From Amoebidium appalachense (lineage: Eukaryota; Protista; Ichthyosporea), in contig CAVNZM010000016.1 of NCBI GenBank assembly GCA_963693365.1, forward strand, positions 6,307,029 to 6,371,028: a stretch of 64,000 bases of DNA. The letters are read 5' to 3'. Positions 9,501 to 22,685 of the stretch are shown one piece after another. The notes below the pieces were generated by a model that was not told the DNA's origin, ran no database searches, and saw nothing but the letters and a program-made list of their open reading frames with translations. The translations under genes and the position numbers were made by a program. Position 1 is the first letter of the stretch, and each line of letters opens with the position of its first letter.

Positions 9501-11252
9501 GAGGGTGCGCATGCCACTGCAGACCCCACCCCCACCCCCCCTCTGGCTGAGCATATCTCTGATGCTGCACGTGATCATACCCATGGGTTGAAGGTGAATA
9601 CTTCCCGCGAGTTACGCGCGCTTACTATCCCACAGTTGCCGGGTATGCCTACTGTGGAGGAAATTAAGGCGGCGCAAAATGCAGATCCGTTTTTGTGCAG
9701 TATTCGTGATTACCTCAGCAACCCCACCGCGCCGGCACAGGTGGATGGAAGTGTTGCTTTAGAGGCAAGCAGATGCACGGTTTATAAGGGGGTGGTGTAT
9801 GTGTGGACACCGGAGCAGCGTGCGACTCGTCGCCCTACGCTGCTGCCACAGGTCTGGGTCCCCGAGTCTTTAAGGGCACAGATTCTTGCGGCTTGCCACG
9901 ATGCCCCCACAGCCGGGCATCTTGATACCCAGCGCACGTTTCATCGCATTTGGTCTTCGTTTTGGTGGCCGGGGATGTGGCATCAGGTCGTGCGGTATGT
10001 GAATTCGTGCGATAGGTGCCAGTGGCGCAAAACGCCACGCTTGCAGGGCCGCTTGCCCGTGCAGCGCGGTTTCGCACCGCAGTACCCCTTTCAGTATGTG
10101 GCCATGGATGTGACCGTCTTGCCACCAGCGAAGAGCGGGAAGCAGTATATCCTTGTGTTCATAGACATGTTCACACGGTGGGCTGAGTTGGTGCTGTTCG
10201 ATCATCCACCCACCGCAGAGGATATCGCTAATGCTTTCCACGACTATGTTTTCGCGCGACACGGACCACCCGAGTTTGTGCTGTCGGATAATGGGTCGAA
10301 TATTTCTGCGCAGCTGGTTAAGGATGTGTTAACCCTCCTAAGTAGTCGCCAGATCCTCGCGTCACCCTACTCCCCCCAGACAAATGGGCTGGTTGAACGG
10401 TTCAATCGCACCCTTAAGAGTATTCTTGCGCAAGTGGCTACAGATAAGTTAACGGAGTGGGACACGTTTTTGCCCCAGGTACTGTTTGCCTACCACACGG
10501 CTATGCACTCCGCACTGGGCGACAGTCCTTTCTTCCTTTTGTATGGCCGGGACCCCCGTGACCCCTTTGTGGAGAAACTGGGCCCCGAGTACAGCGGCGC
10601 CACTAAGGAGCATCGGTATGCACTCTGGGAGCGATTGACCTATGCGCGCGATGTGGTTCGTGCACGTATGGTTACCGAGCAAGATCGGCACCGCAAATCA
10701 GCCAATCAGAAGGCGCGGCCTGTTCCCGATTTGGCAGATTTGGTGCTCAAGCTCGACAACACCCTTAACAACAAGAAGGTGGTTGATGGTGATGGTAACC
10801 AGCTGTATGAGGCTGCCAGCCTACGGGACAAGTGGGTGGGGCCCTACCGGGTTTTGCGCAAAGTCGCGCCACTTACCTACGATATTCAGCGGGTGGGGAC
10901 ACAGGATGTGGAGCGTTCGCACGCTCGTTTCCTTAAACCCTATGTACCCCGCACGGATGGACCTCCTACCCTACTACCTGAGTCCCGTGTGGCAGGTGAC
11001 GCTGTGACCGCGGAAGTGGCCAAGATTATTGACCATAAATGGGAAAATGGTCGCGCCCTCTACAAAGTTCGCTGGAAGGGGTTTAAGGCCACCGATGATT
11101 CGTGGGAGTCACATGCAAACTTGTCTGAGTCGGCCTCGGGTGCCTTAGCTGATTATTTGCAGCAAGTGATTCGGCCCCCCAGTGAGGAGCCAATCAAAAA
11201 TCAGCGCAAGGACACCCAACAGCATGTGCGCAAACGCAGACGTAAAGGTTGA
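6402..11252 (+). CDS. pol: Pol: RT, RNase H, integrase (HHCC, DDE, GPY/F) and chromodomain
   Basis: RT motifs LDFRKIN, FDLYGGYHQ, PFG and YIDD; RNase H DSDAS and TDH; integrase H-x6-H...C-x2-C, VAMD, SDNG, ERFN and WVGPY; chromodomain IIDHKW...YKVRWKGF...DSWE. Lies +1 relative to the protease frame. Confidence 0.95.
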   Translation: MHRLTCCISTCCSGLPTARQSAICLFGGLGRGCGGGEVATLITTTGVHLPPFRSNVALCSMKDGGEGLEAGVTGVVVPRPTSNTDIPFHPAHSVQSLLSVNGSLGCKVLLTNLTEKHVYLKPGTQVAALEPLVEGDMLTVLVDVSGSPAAEKNGVEAVGSDSPSGSVGGQVFAAAAPAAADKPPTGGATVGGSGTTGATGDNIFIGEGGRVHASVPARVYRQGRARTETVQPWLSKKKARGRLAFAARARHPGSQAPGAPAPTSTSNVAGTGQGQVSSPQNEHVHSDRNLEFSLAEGTFGPAASSSEGGVGPWHIREDTQGQCEGVSAGDTEASGPGEETDVQCAGARHARGQSGGSQPGAPGANQSAAGVSHVPTASASDADSGGTEDEIPPGVEDPETIPLPDLTPAESKRFAKRIRRLLSRWKHVFSAHEHDYGKSNVATLKIELTTNEPQYRPPYKIPHHIRDQVWKQLQVWLAGGVIEPSTSPYSAPMVLVRKKDGSVRVCLDFRKINSCTVRDGYPLPRIDTSLDVLRGARWFSVFDLYGGYHQIEVDPETRPKLAFTTPWGHYQFCRAPFGVTNMPSVFSRAMNTVFAGMLWVHLLVYIDDLLLFTPDLESHLTLLEEVFRRLSAAGLKLKGSKCHFFRTEVAYLGHRVGRDGIKVDDGKIAVIRDKQAPTSVSELRSDLGLFSYYRRFVPNMSDLAEPLTRMLGDSPQDKQLRKKIHGNEPPTSSARRKRNGTAKEKARQARTAAADESTEVIGQAESEVVVSAPGENIHANIPANNSRTRANTRKNAYFVWGEEQQRAFDALKHALTHAPVLAHPNFDKPFIVDSDASNVALGAVLSQVGDDGQEHPVAYASRTLSKSERNYSATKREGLGIYWAVCKAFHQYTYGKPFILRTDHSSLTSIYGNGDAPEPIVAGWQMALSAYTYDIHHRAGKDHSNADGISRPSSANLVPSEDDPDLTFPSLIGCVHGDDHSDFVPDTVVFPALVVTRGRARAGGGADAPTHKPASAARTQKRKRTSGVKGGPGEGAHATADPTPTPPLAEHISDAARDHTHGLKVNTSRELRALTIPQLPGMPTVEEIKAAQNADPFLCSIRDYLSNPTAPAQVDGSVALEASRCTVYKGVVYVWTPEQRATRRPTLLPQVWVPESLRAQILAACHDAPTAGHLDTQRTFHRIWSSFWWPGMWHQVVRYVNSCDRCQWRKTPRLQGRLPVQRGFAPQYPFQYVAMDVTVLPPAKSGKQYILVFIDMFTRWAELVLFDHPPTAEDIANAFHDYVFARHGPPEFVLSDNGSNISAQLVKDVLTLLSSRQILASPYSPQTNGLVERFNRTLKSILAQVATDKLTEWDTFLPQVLFAYHTAMHSALGDSPFFLLYGRDPRDPFVEKLGPEYSGATKEHRYALWERLTYARDVVRARMVTEQDRHRKSANQKARPVPDLADLVLKLDNTLNNKKVVDGDGNQLYEAASLRDKWVGPYRVLRKVAPLTYDIQRVGTQDVERSHARFLKPYVPRTDGPPTLLPESRVAGDAVTAEVAKIIDHKWENGRALYKVRWKGFKATDDSWESHANLSESASGALADYLQQVIRPPSEEPIKNQRKDTQQHVRKRRRKG

Positions 11253-11308
11253 TCCCCCTTAAAGGCATGGCATGTGGGCACTCAGTGCAGTTGCCCTTCG
11301 TTGCCCCT

Positions 11309-11321
11309 AGGGAGGGGGGGG
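11309..11321 (+). promoter_or_regulatory. Polypurine tract
   Basis: AGGGAGGGGGGGG immediately before the TG of the 3' LTR. Confidence 0.9.
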
Positions 11322-11961
11322 TGTAGACATGGTTGTGTACATTCACGTGCACACCGTGCTGTTCCCCCACAACCAGTCTACGTGCCTTTGTGTCTTCTCG
11401 CCAGAGGCTGGAATAGAGCCTCGGAAGCAGCTACCAATCGGCTGCATCACTTTTAGCTGTATTCCTTAATAGGGCAGTTGCTCTGCACCTTAAGTATGCA
11501 GTTAGGAGCGATGCAAAGAACGTGAACACTTTGCCAGCATGTATCTTAGGTGTACGGCACACACTGTGTGCCGTAGACACTTTATTGGGCACTAGACATA
11601 CACATGTAGCACTGTAGTATAACTTGAAGCTAGATTATGATCACCCAGGAGAAGCTCATGTACTCATGTATATGTCATGTACTTTATTTTAAGTAGGGCC
11701 ACATGCCTATTGGCTGTCGCCTTACAAAAGTATGCGAGCAGTGCTCTCCGGACCGGCGGAAACCAAGGGACTATAAAAGGCTGGTACATTCCAGACTTGG
11801 GTCACTTGGGCGGGGCTGTGTGTCCGAGTAAACGTTACACTAGTCGTGCGGTGTCAGACTAGCTGTAGCACCCGCTTTCTTGTCTCTATACTTACGTGCT
11901 TCTCCTAGCCTGCATATGTTAACTAGGGCATAGTATTAGTGTATACACACCCTGGTTTTCA
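11322..11961 (+). repeat. 3' LTR
   Basis: 640-bp direct repeat of 2158-2797. Confidence 0.97.
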
Positions 11962-12121
11962 ATTGCCTGATAAAACGGTGACCTTTCGCTCACATGTGCA
12001 GCATATTTTTTTTCCCCCAGAACACACCCTTTTTATATTGAAACATATCAAAATATACTAGTGGGGCGTATTTGGGTAACAACTCTTGGTAACAGATGAT
12101 CCACACTCACTAGTCTCCAAG

Positions 12122-13252
<1,131 letters not shown>

Positions 13253-13999
13253 TCTCCAAGGCTATTTACCCACTGGCTTACTAAGTGGCTGAGCACTACT
13301 ATTTGTACGGTGCGGGACGTCTCCAGCCGGGTCTATAAAATTCTGATGGGCAATCGGAACGCTTTATTAAAGTTTATTTTCCTGAGAGGCAATAGGAACC
13401 CTTCCGCACTTCTGATGGGCAACAGGAACGCTTTCGCAATTTTGTTGTTGAGCAATAGGAACGCGGCGTTAAATTGTTATCGACATTTAACCAACCATCT
13501 GCTGTAGATTTAAATTTGTTTGCGCAATCAATCACTTTGTCTAGTGAGCCGCTTCACGTGGGGGCTAGAATTTAGAAATGCGGCAAATCTGGAAGTTCTA
13601 AATTGTCTTTAGAACGTTCTAAATTGTTCCGGTTCGCACAGGTATGATTCAGATAATTTAGAAACTCTACATTGTTTCTTGCTTTGTTTAATAAATAAAC
13701 GTAAAAACTTAACACTGAGACTGTGATAAATATTTTATAAGCTTATAAATATGCATATTAATAATTAATTTTGTGTGTGGCAATAACCTGCAGCTGGCAT
13801 GGGCGGCTGGCTAAAGCCGAAAGTTCACTAAAATCTTCTAATCGGGTTGCACCCCCGTAGTACAGTGCATAGCATAGAAAAAATCTTTTTTCCAGGCTCA
13901 CACTACTTGTTTATCTTATAACTAAGTTACTGTAATAGGCCGGGTTGGTTGTTTATGTTCGTGCACCCTAACCCGGGAAAAAAAAAAAAAAAAAAAAAA

Positions 14000-14038
<39 letters not shown>

Positions 14039-14165
14039 TAAAGGGAACTGAATCTGTTGCCGTGCGGGCCAGCCATTGCATAGCTGGAATCTCAAATTTT
14101 CCGAAAATAGAACGTTTAGAAACGTAATTTCGGAAGAATTTAATAAAAACGACACTGTATCATAC

Positions 14166-14595
14166 CTTTTCCAGTAGTGGGATGGTTTGGGAGAAGTACG
14201 AAAGAAAGTCCGGGGACGCGGCAAGATCCTGCGTAGGATTAAGGCCCGTGATTAAAAGTAAAGTTAATAATTAAACGGATGAGGTTATGTGCGGGTTAAA
14301 ACGTGGCTCAGTGACCTCCACCATACCGTGATATATCTTTTCCTTTGGATATGCATGTCAAAATTTCATGCAAGAGCGAGCTCCTTCGAGCTGAAAATCA
14401 TCAGAGAATTTGGGGGACGGCGAAGGGCAGAAAAGGGGGGGGGGGGGAGGGGGGGGGGGGGGGGGGAGGGGAGAATGGAAGAGGAGGAGGGGGGGGGGGG
14501 GGGAGGGGGAGGGGGGGAGGGGGGGACATCACTGGCACACCCATGTACGCGGTGGCACGTGCGTTGTGTGTGTGTGTGCCACGCACACACACACC

Positions 14596-14666
<71 letters not shown>

Positions 14667-15378
14667 ACACACATACACACACACACACACAGCATATCAT
14701 CACCACCATCTCACTCCGAATATGCTACCTATTTCAGAGTCGAAGAATGAAGGTTCTAAAAACATAAACCAACCTGGAATAATTTGGGCTTGCGATCGGA
14801 TAACAATCGATTATTCTCCCCACACACAAGTGTGATTAACTTAAATCATCCAATCGACCAACCAATAATCTTTAAGGGATAATTCTTTCATGACCTTAAG
14901 ACCACCCCTTAAGACCACCCTTAAGCTTTAAAAAAAAAAAAAAAAAAAGGGAAAGAAAAGGTGAATACAAGAAAGATCATGCATGCGCTGATTCGATTGA
15001 GCCTCCTCCCCTCCCCCCCCCCCCCCCCCCCCCCCTCCTTCCTTCCCCTCCCCCCAACCACCACCACCACCACCGCTACACACAACAAGCGCACGCACCC
15101 GCACGGACATACTTTCATATTTTCACCCACCTCAAGTATTATGAGGTACTTTGAGTAATGCTAGTGAAAGAAAATGGAAAAGAGAAAAGATTCTCTGATC
15201 CAATGCTGAGCCCCCCTTCCCCTCTGCCCCTCTCTCCCTCCATCTCCACCTTCACCCCACCTCACCCCTCCATACCTTCCTCCCCTCCGTCTCCACCTCA
15301 CCCGTCCTCCCCACCCCCCGCCCCCGCCCCCCCCTCCCCCCCCCCCCCCCCCCCCCCGCACACCTCAAGCCCTCACCA

Positions 15379-15410
<32 letters not shown>

Positions 15411-16482
15411 ACATCGTGCCCCCCAACCACCACCTCCACACGCATGCATGCTCCCACTTACCTCCTCGAATATTATGGCGTACTTTGAATCCGGATACAA
15501 CTCCCACACCGTGTTGATAGCCGTCTTGTATACTCGCGCGATTCTTCTGATTCCCCTTTCTCCGGCAGGGACCAGGGCAATAGCCCGAAATCCGAAGACC
15601 CGTCCAACATCAGCCACGCTTTCATTGGGCCCATCCATGATTAAAGTGACGTAGCTGGGATCAAGACCCTATAATTGGGTGGGGACAAGGAGGTGTTGGC
15701 ATTCAATTGACTATGTGGCACGTGCATGTGCCCTTCCACCCCCGACACACACACGTACACATATACACATGTATGCATACACACACACACACACGCACAT
15801 ACACATGCATGCATACACACACACACACATCACATACACATGTATGCATACACACACACACACATATACACATGTATGCATACACACACACACATATATA
15901 CACATGTATGCATACACACACACACACTCACACATATACACATGTAGGCATACACACACACACACATATACACATGTATGCATAGACACACACACACATA
16001 TACACATGTATGCATACACACACACACACATATATATACACACACACGCATACACATGTATGCATACACACACACACACACACACACATATATACCTAAA
16101 CACACATACACATGTATGCATACACACACACACACACACACATATATACCTAAACACACATACACATGTATGCATACACACACACACACACACATATATA
16201 TACCAAAACACACATACACATGTATGCATACACACACACACACACACACATATACCCAAACACACATACACATGTATGCATACACACACACACACACATA
16301 TATATACCCAAACACACATACACATGTATGCATACACACACACGCACACACACACATATACCCAAACACACATACACATGTATACACACACACACACACA
16401 CACACACACATACCCAAACACACATACACATGATGCATACACACACACACATATATATGCCCAAACACACATACACAGGTAT

Positions 16483-16521
<39 letters not shown>

Positions 16522-17088
16522 CCAAACACACATACACATGTATGCATACACACACACACACACACATATATACCCAAACACACATACACATGTATGCATA
16601 CACACACACATACACATGTATGCATAGTATTTTGGGTATATGTGTGTGTGTGTGTGTGTACATGCATACACAAACACACACACATATATACCCAAACACA
16701 CATACACATGTATGCATACACACACACACACACACGCATATATACCCAAATACACATACACATGTATGCATACACACACACACACACACATATATATACC
16801 CAAACACACATACACATGTATGCACACACACACACGCACACACATATATATACCCAAACACACATACACATGTATGCATACACACACACATACACACACA
16901 CATATACCCAAACACACATACACATATATGGATACACACACACACACACACACACACATATCATACCCAAACACACATACACATGTATGCATACACACAC
17001 ACACACATATATATATGTACCAAAACACACATACACATGTATGCATATACACACACACACACATATGTATACCATAACACAAAATCCT

Positions 17089-17167
<79 letters not shown>

Positions 17168-17656
17168 CCAGCTGATACCGAGTGTCCCAGGGGAGCCCGA
17201 AGAAAAAACAAAAAAAAAAAAAAAAAAAAAAACGGGGAACCCCAACTAATTGATTTTTCTTAGGCTTTATGGTGTCTCGTAGAGAAGATAAACCCTGATA
17301 TATAATCATCACCCGACAGCTATGTACGTGATCATGATATACCGCTGAGGGGATATTCCGAGCAAACCCCCCCCCATACCTGAGACTGGTCTCTCTTTGC
17401 CTCGAGTAGACAGCGTAAACCCCCCCCACATACACATGTATGCATACACACACACACACACACACACATATGTATACCCAAACACACATACACATGTATG
17501 CATACACACACACACACATATATATATACCCAACCACACATACACATGTATGCATACACACAAACACACACACATATATATACACAAACACACATACACA
17601 TGTATGCATACACACACACACACAAATATACATACCCAAACACACATACACATGTA

Positions 17657-17689
<33 letters not shown>

Positions 17690-18317
17690 CCAAACACACA
17701 TACACATGTATGGATACACACACACACACACACACATATATACCCAAACACACATACACATGTATGCATACACACACACACACACACACACATAGACCCA
17801 AACACACATACACATGTATGCATACACACACACACACATATACATATACCCAAACACACATACACATGTATGCATACACATACACACACACACGTATACC
17901 CAAACACACATACACATGTATGCATACACACACACACACACACATATATATACCCAAACACACATACACATGTATGCATACACATACACACACAGATATA
18001 TATACCCAAACACACATACACATGTATGCATACACAAACACACACACATATATATACCCAAACACACATACACATGTATGCATACACACACACACACACA
18101 CACATACCCAAACACACATACACATGTATGCATACACACATACACATATATATATGTACCCAAACACACATACACATGTATGCATACACACACACACACA
18201 TATATATATACCTGGCACACATACACATGTATGCATACACACACACACACACATATATATACCCAAACACACATACACATGTATGCATACACACACACAC
18301 ACATATGTATATATACC

Positions 18318-18412
<95 letters not shown>

Positions 18413-19011
18413 CACCCTTCCCCTGTGGAGAGCCCTTCAACTTTCTTCGGCTGCTCGGCTCAACCCCTGCTAGAAACTCGACAAAAAAACACCTTACCTA
18501 CCAACATAAGCTTTAATTTCACGGTACAAACTCCTAGCAAACTTTACTTTTACCCCAAAACATGAAATCGTAGGCTATGGAAAGTTTCCTGTATCCCCCC
18601 TCCCCCCCCCCTTACACACACACACACACCTCCCCCCCCCCCCCCCCCCCCCCCCCCTCCCCCTCTTGGGCTGCCCACCACTCCCCTTCGAAAAAGCAAA
18701 TTGGCTATACTTGGAGTGGTTGGGAAGTTAGCCACTGGTCAGTTTCGAAGAGCAAGGGGAGATACTGGGAGAGTTTCGCAGGGAGGAGAAGTGCGGGGGG
18801 GAGGGGCGGGGGGAGGGGGGGGGGGGGGGGGGGGGGAGGAGGGGGGGGGGAGGGGGGGAGGGGGGGGGAGGGGGTGGGGGAGAAAGAGAAGTTCGGGGGA
18901 GGGGGGGGGGGAGGGGGGAGGGAAAGAGAAGTTCTAGCAAGATGATACGTACCGGTTGCTGGTAGAGAGACTTGAGGCAGCGAACAAGATAGTTGACTCT
19001 GGCGCTGCCTG

Positions 19012-19070
<59 letters not shown>

Positions 19071-19226
19071 TGTGTGTGTGTGTGTGTGTGCGTGTGTGTG
19101 TGTGCGTGTGTGCGTGCGTGCGCGCGAGTGTGTGTGATGTGTGTGTGTGTGTTCGTGTGTGTGTTTGCGTGTGTGTGTGTGTGTTTGCGCATGGGTGTGT
19201 GCGCGGAATGTGTGCTTTGTGTGTGA

Positions 19227-19303
<77 letters not shown>

Positions 19304-19515
19304 CGCGCGCGTGTTACCGTATTGGTTTTCAGGGGGAGAGGGGGGACAGGTAAAACAGTACACATCCAAATGTCTACAATTACAGTAACTTGCATGCACA
19401 TACACACAAGGCTACACACGCAAAACCCGCACAGTGTGTGTGTGCATGTGTGTGCACGTAAGCCGCCGTGTGATCATATGATTGTGTGTGTACGTGTGCA
19501 TGCGTGCCATGATTT

Positions 19516-19576
<61 letters not shown>

Positions 19577-20161
19577 TGTACTACTGATACAATTGAACGC
19601 ATTTGTGTGCACCCACAGAACAAAACAAGACAGGCCCCCTGCCCGATGGTCACTCACCAATGACTATGATTCGGACACTATTTGCATATCGGGACAGGAT
19701 TTTTGGGTCCCAGGGTGCCAGTGTGGGTAATGTGACTGCGCCGGTTTTTGAGTTGGTGTTTGTTTCTTGTGGCTGATTCCCAAGCAGATCTGCAAGTGTT
19801 AACGTTAAAAAGTCGTGAGTATGAGGGGTACACCCGTAACTTGTAAATATATGCAAATATATGCAAATATATGCAAAAAATATATGCAAATGTATGCAAA
19901 TATATGGTGTAAATATGCGCAAATACATCATATATATGGAAATATATGCAACTTGCGGGTGACCCTTGTATGTGCATGGTTATGATATGTGCGTGACTAT
20001 AGGTGCTATTGATACGAAGACCATCACAGTGTGGTGTGGTAATACTCTCGGATCTTCTGAAACATACCATTTGGTTTTGAAATCACGTGTTAATGTTTTC
20101 CCTCGAAATCTCGCTTTCAGGAGTGAATGTTTTTCTGTTTCTTCTCTCTCTCTCTCTCTCT

Positions 20162-20208
<47 letters not shown>

Positions 20209-20426
20209 GCGGGCGGGGAGGGGGGGGATGGGGGGGGGGAAAGGGAGGGGGGGAGGTGGGGGGGGGATGGAAGGGAAAGGGGGGCGAGGCGGGGAAGGAG
20301 GGAGGTATAACGTGTAATGGAGTGCGAAGCACACATTCATAACGGACAACACGATGCAGACCGCCGCAGATCACACAAAGAGTGCGCATAATATGCAAGA
20401 GCCCACCCTCGGCGGGGAGGGGACTA

Positions 20427-20467
<41 letters not shown>

Positions 20468-20701
20468 GAATCCGGACGCAGTTTGTGTGTGTGTGTCGGG
20501 GGGGGGTCCATGCCATTGCAGAAGTTTGTGCGACCATTTCTGTCCTGGCAGAGATTGATGGCTGCAGCCTTACGGAACAGTTGGCCAACATCACCTAATT
20601 AGGAAGGTGTTAGTTGCCCAATATGGAAAGTACCATTGGTCGACATATCCCGGGTTCGGTGAAGCGTTTGTATCCACAGAAACGATTCGATATGTAATCG
20701 A
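14166..20701 (-). CDS. POMGNT1/GnT-I-like glycosyltransferase (GT13), multi-exon; 3' half not found intact
   Basis: Phase-consistent GT-AG exons at 19735-19658, 19008-18953, 15668-15462 and 14228-14166 give ...[51 protein letters not shown]...[49 protein letters not shown]. This resembles the POMGNT1 catalytic domain including the EED motif. Probable upstream exons at ~20701-20634 and ~20594-20500. Confidence 0.8.
15755..18320. repeat. Intronic ~45-55-bp satellite array in two blocks (15755-17090 and 17428-18320)
   Basis: Unit TACCCAAACACACATACACATGTATGCATACACA(CA)n(TA)n, roughly 40 copies. Confidence 0.95.
19822..19968. mobile_element. Candidate Tc1/mariner-type MITE
   Basis: TA on both flanks; imperfect TIRs TGAGGGGTACACCCGTAACTTG / CAACTTGCGGGTGACCCTTG; interior of tandem ATATATGCAA units. 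Confidence 0.6.
20306..20425 (-). mobile_element. Degenerate 5'-truncated copy of the structured-RNA retro-insert family
   Basis: Aligns to 29664-29775 (gaagcacac...aacggacaacacgatgcaga...gagtgcgcataat...gagcccaccctc); flanked by G-rich tracts. Confidence 0.65.
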
Positions 20702-20788
20702 CTGGAAGCAGACAGGCAGGTGCGTACGCACACACACATGTGCGTGTGTGTGTTTTGGGGATAGGTGGGGGTGGGAATTCTGCGTGGG

Positions 20789-20843
<55 letters not shown>

Positions 20844-21499
20844 GACAGGGCGCAAAAACGCGCACAGGTGCACCTTACGCACAAACATGTGGTACTTACC
20901 GCACACTTGCACAGCCGGACAAATCCACACACAAAACATTCACACGTACACACACGTAGACACACACACACACGCACACACACACACACGTACATGCACA
21001 CATACCCTTGGTAGGCAGGCATGCAGCCCATTTTGCAGTCATGTTGATGTGTGTGATGTCATCGTGAGGGGACGCAACACCACTGCATCTCACTCCCAAA
21101 AATACCTGCCGGTCACTTGGGCTAATATGAAACCGTAAACCTGCACGTACATGCCGTACCGGAGTCTTAGTGCACTGTTTGGTTCAGGTTTTATTAGAAA
21201 TTACTTTTTTAGAGCATGTCCGAGTGACTCTGTGTGTAACGGTATTTTTTTTTTATATATATAGGGTTTTCCGGTGTCACCCGGTCACCTGTCCCTGGAC
21301 GTGCATCCACTGCTTGTAGATTGCGGGGGCTCCAAGTTGCAGTGTGAGGGGAGGGGGGGGAGGGGGGAGGGTGCAGGAGGGGGGGAGGGGGAGGGGGGAG
21401 AGGGAAGGGGCGGGAAGGGAAGGGGGGGGGGTGGGGGGGGGAGTGAGGGGGGGAGAGGAAGGGACGATGTGTATGGATCACCGTGTGTGTGTGGTTTAC

Positions 21500-21539
<40 letters not shown>

Positions 21540-21729
21540 GGTCGGTGGATGGGTGGGTGGGTGGGTGTGTATATGTGCTTGTGACACGGCTGTCTGTATG
21601 TGTTTTAAGAGAGAGGGGGAAGGGGGGGAGAGGAAGGGGAGGGAGAGAGATTCGATAGAGAGAGAGAGGGAGCGAGGGGGTGGGGGGGGGGGGGGGGGGG
21701 GGAGGGGGGACTGGAGAGAGAGGGGGGGG

Positions 21730-21788
<59 letters not shown>

Positions 21789-21936
21789 AGGGAGGGAGAG
21801 AGAAAGGGTGTGTGTGTGTGTGTGTGTGAAGATGGGGGGGGGGGGGGGGGGGGGAGATAGAGAGAAGGACTCGGGGGGAGGGGGGGAGGGGGGCGGGGGA
21901 GAGAGGGGGGGGCGGGGGGGCGGGAGAGAGAGAAAG

Positions 21937-22055
<119 letters not shown>

Positions 22056-22245
22056 AGGTGTGTGTGTGTGTTCGTGTCTGAGTGGGCGTCCCACTCGGAA
22101 CTTCCTGTGTCCCACACAGTGTGCTTGTGTTTGTGCCCGCTACCCTTTTGTGTGCGTCAGTTGGCCCCGGAGTACTCTATATGTGTGTGTGTGTGTGTAT
22201 GTGTGTGTGTGTGTTTTTCTACAACATACTATCTAGAGTTAGATC

Positions 22246-22276
<31 letters not shown>

Positions 22277-22285
22277 GGAGAGAAG

Positions 22286-22333
<48 letters not shown>

Positions 22334-22439
22334 TCGCGAGGGAGAGAGGGAGAGGGAGAGAGAGAAGAGAGGGAGAGAAGAGAGGGAGGGAGAATTCGAA
22401 TGGGGAAGAGAGAGAGAGAAAGAGAGAGAGAGACATTAA

Positions 22440-22685
22440 CCTGTTCATACCGGCAAATTTCCCTAGATAGTCACTTCAGAAACACATAAACCGATACAAA
22501 AGTATACGAATTAATGATATTTTCTCCATACCAACTTAGAAACGTGTGTAGGTAAGACAAACGTGTGTCAATATTAACAATTTATTTGAGCTTTTTCTAT
22601 CGATTTTGAGCTGCAATAGAGTTGTTTAAAGCTATTTAGAGCTAGCCGGTTGCCGGCCAAATCAATTAGTGCCGGCCCGAAGAGG
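22440..22685. mobile_element. Candidate piggyBac-like MITE
   Basis: TTAA on both flanks; imperfect TIRs CCTGTTCATACCGGCA / TGCCGGCCCGAAGAGG; AT-rich non-coding interior. Confidence 0.65.

Larger units (their letters stand above)
2158..11961 (+). mobile_element. Full-length Ty3/Gypsy LTR retrotransposon (chromovirus-type)
   Basis: 640-bp direct LTRs with TG...CA ends, 4-bp TSD ATTG (2154-2157 and 11962-11965), PBS, PPT, and domain order Gag-PR-RT-RH-IN-chromodomain. Confidence 0.98.

Noticed and set aside
13341-13465. Mini CRISPR array
   Set aside because: Repeats are degenerate, spacers are 5-15 bp, and there is no cas context.
17379-17425. Possible POMGNT1-like exon (LRCLLEAK) inside the satellite
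   Set aside because: Exon 19008-18953 supplies this segment with correct phase and a better match; no clear acceptor here.
15755-18320. CRISPR-like look of a constant core with variable spacers
   Set aside because: The spacers are only (CA)n/(TA)n length variants, there are no cas genes, and the context is a eukaryotic intron.
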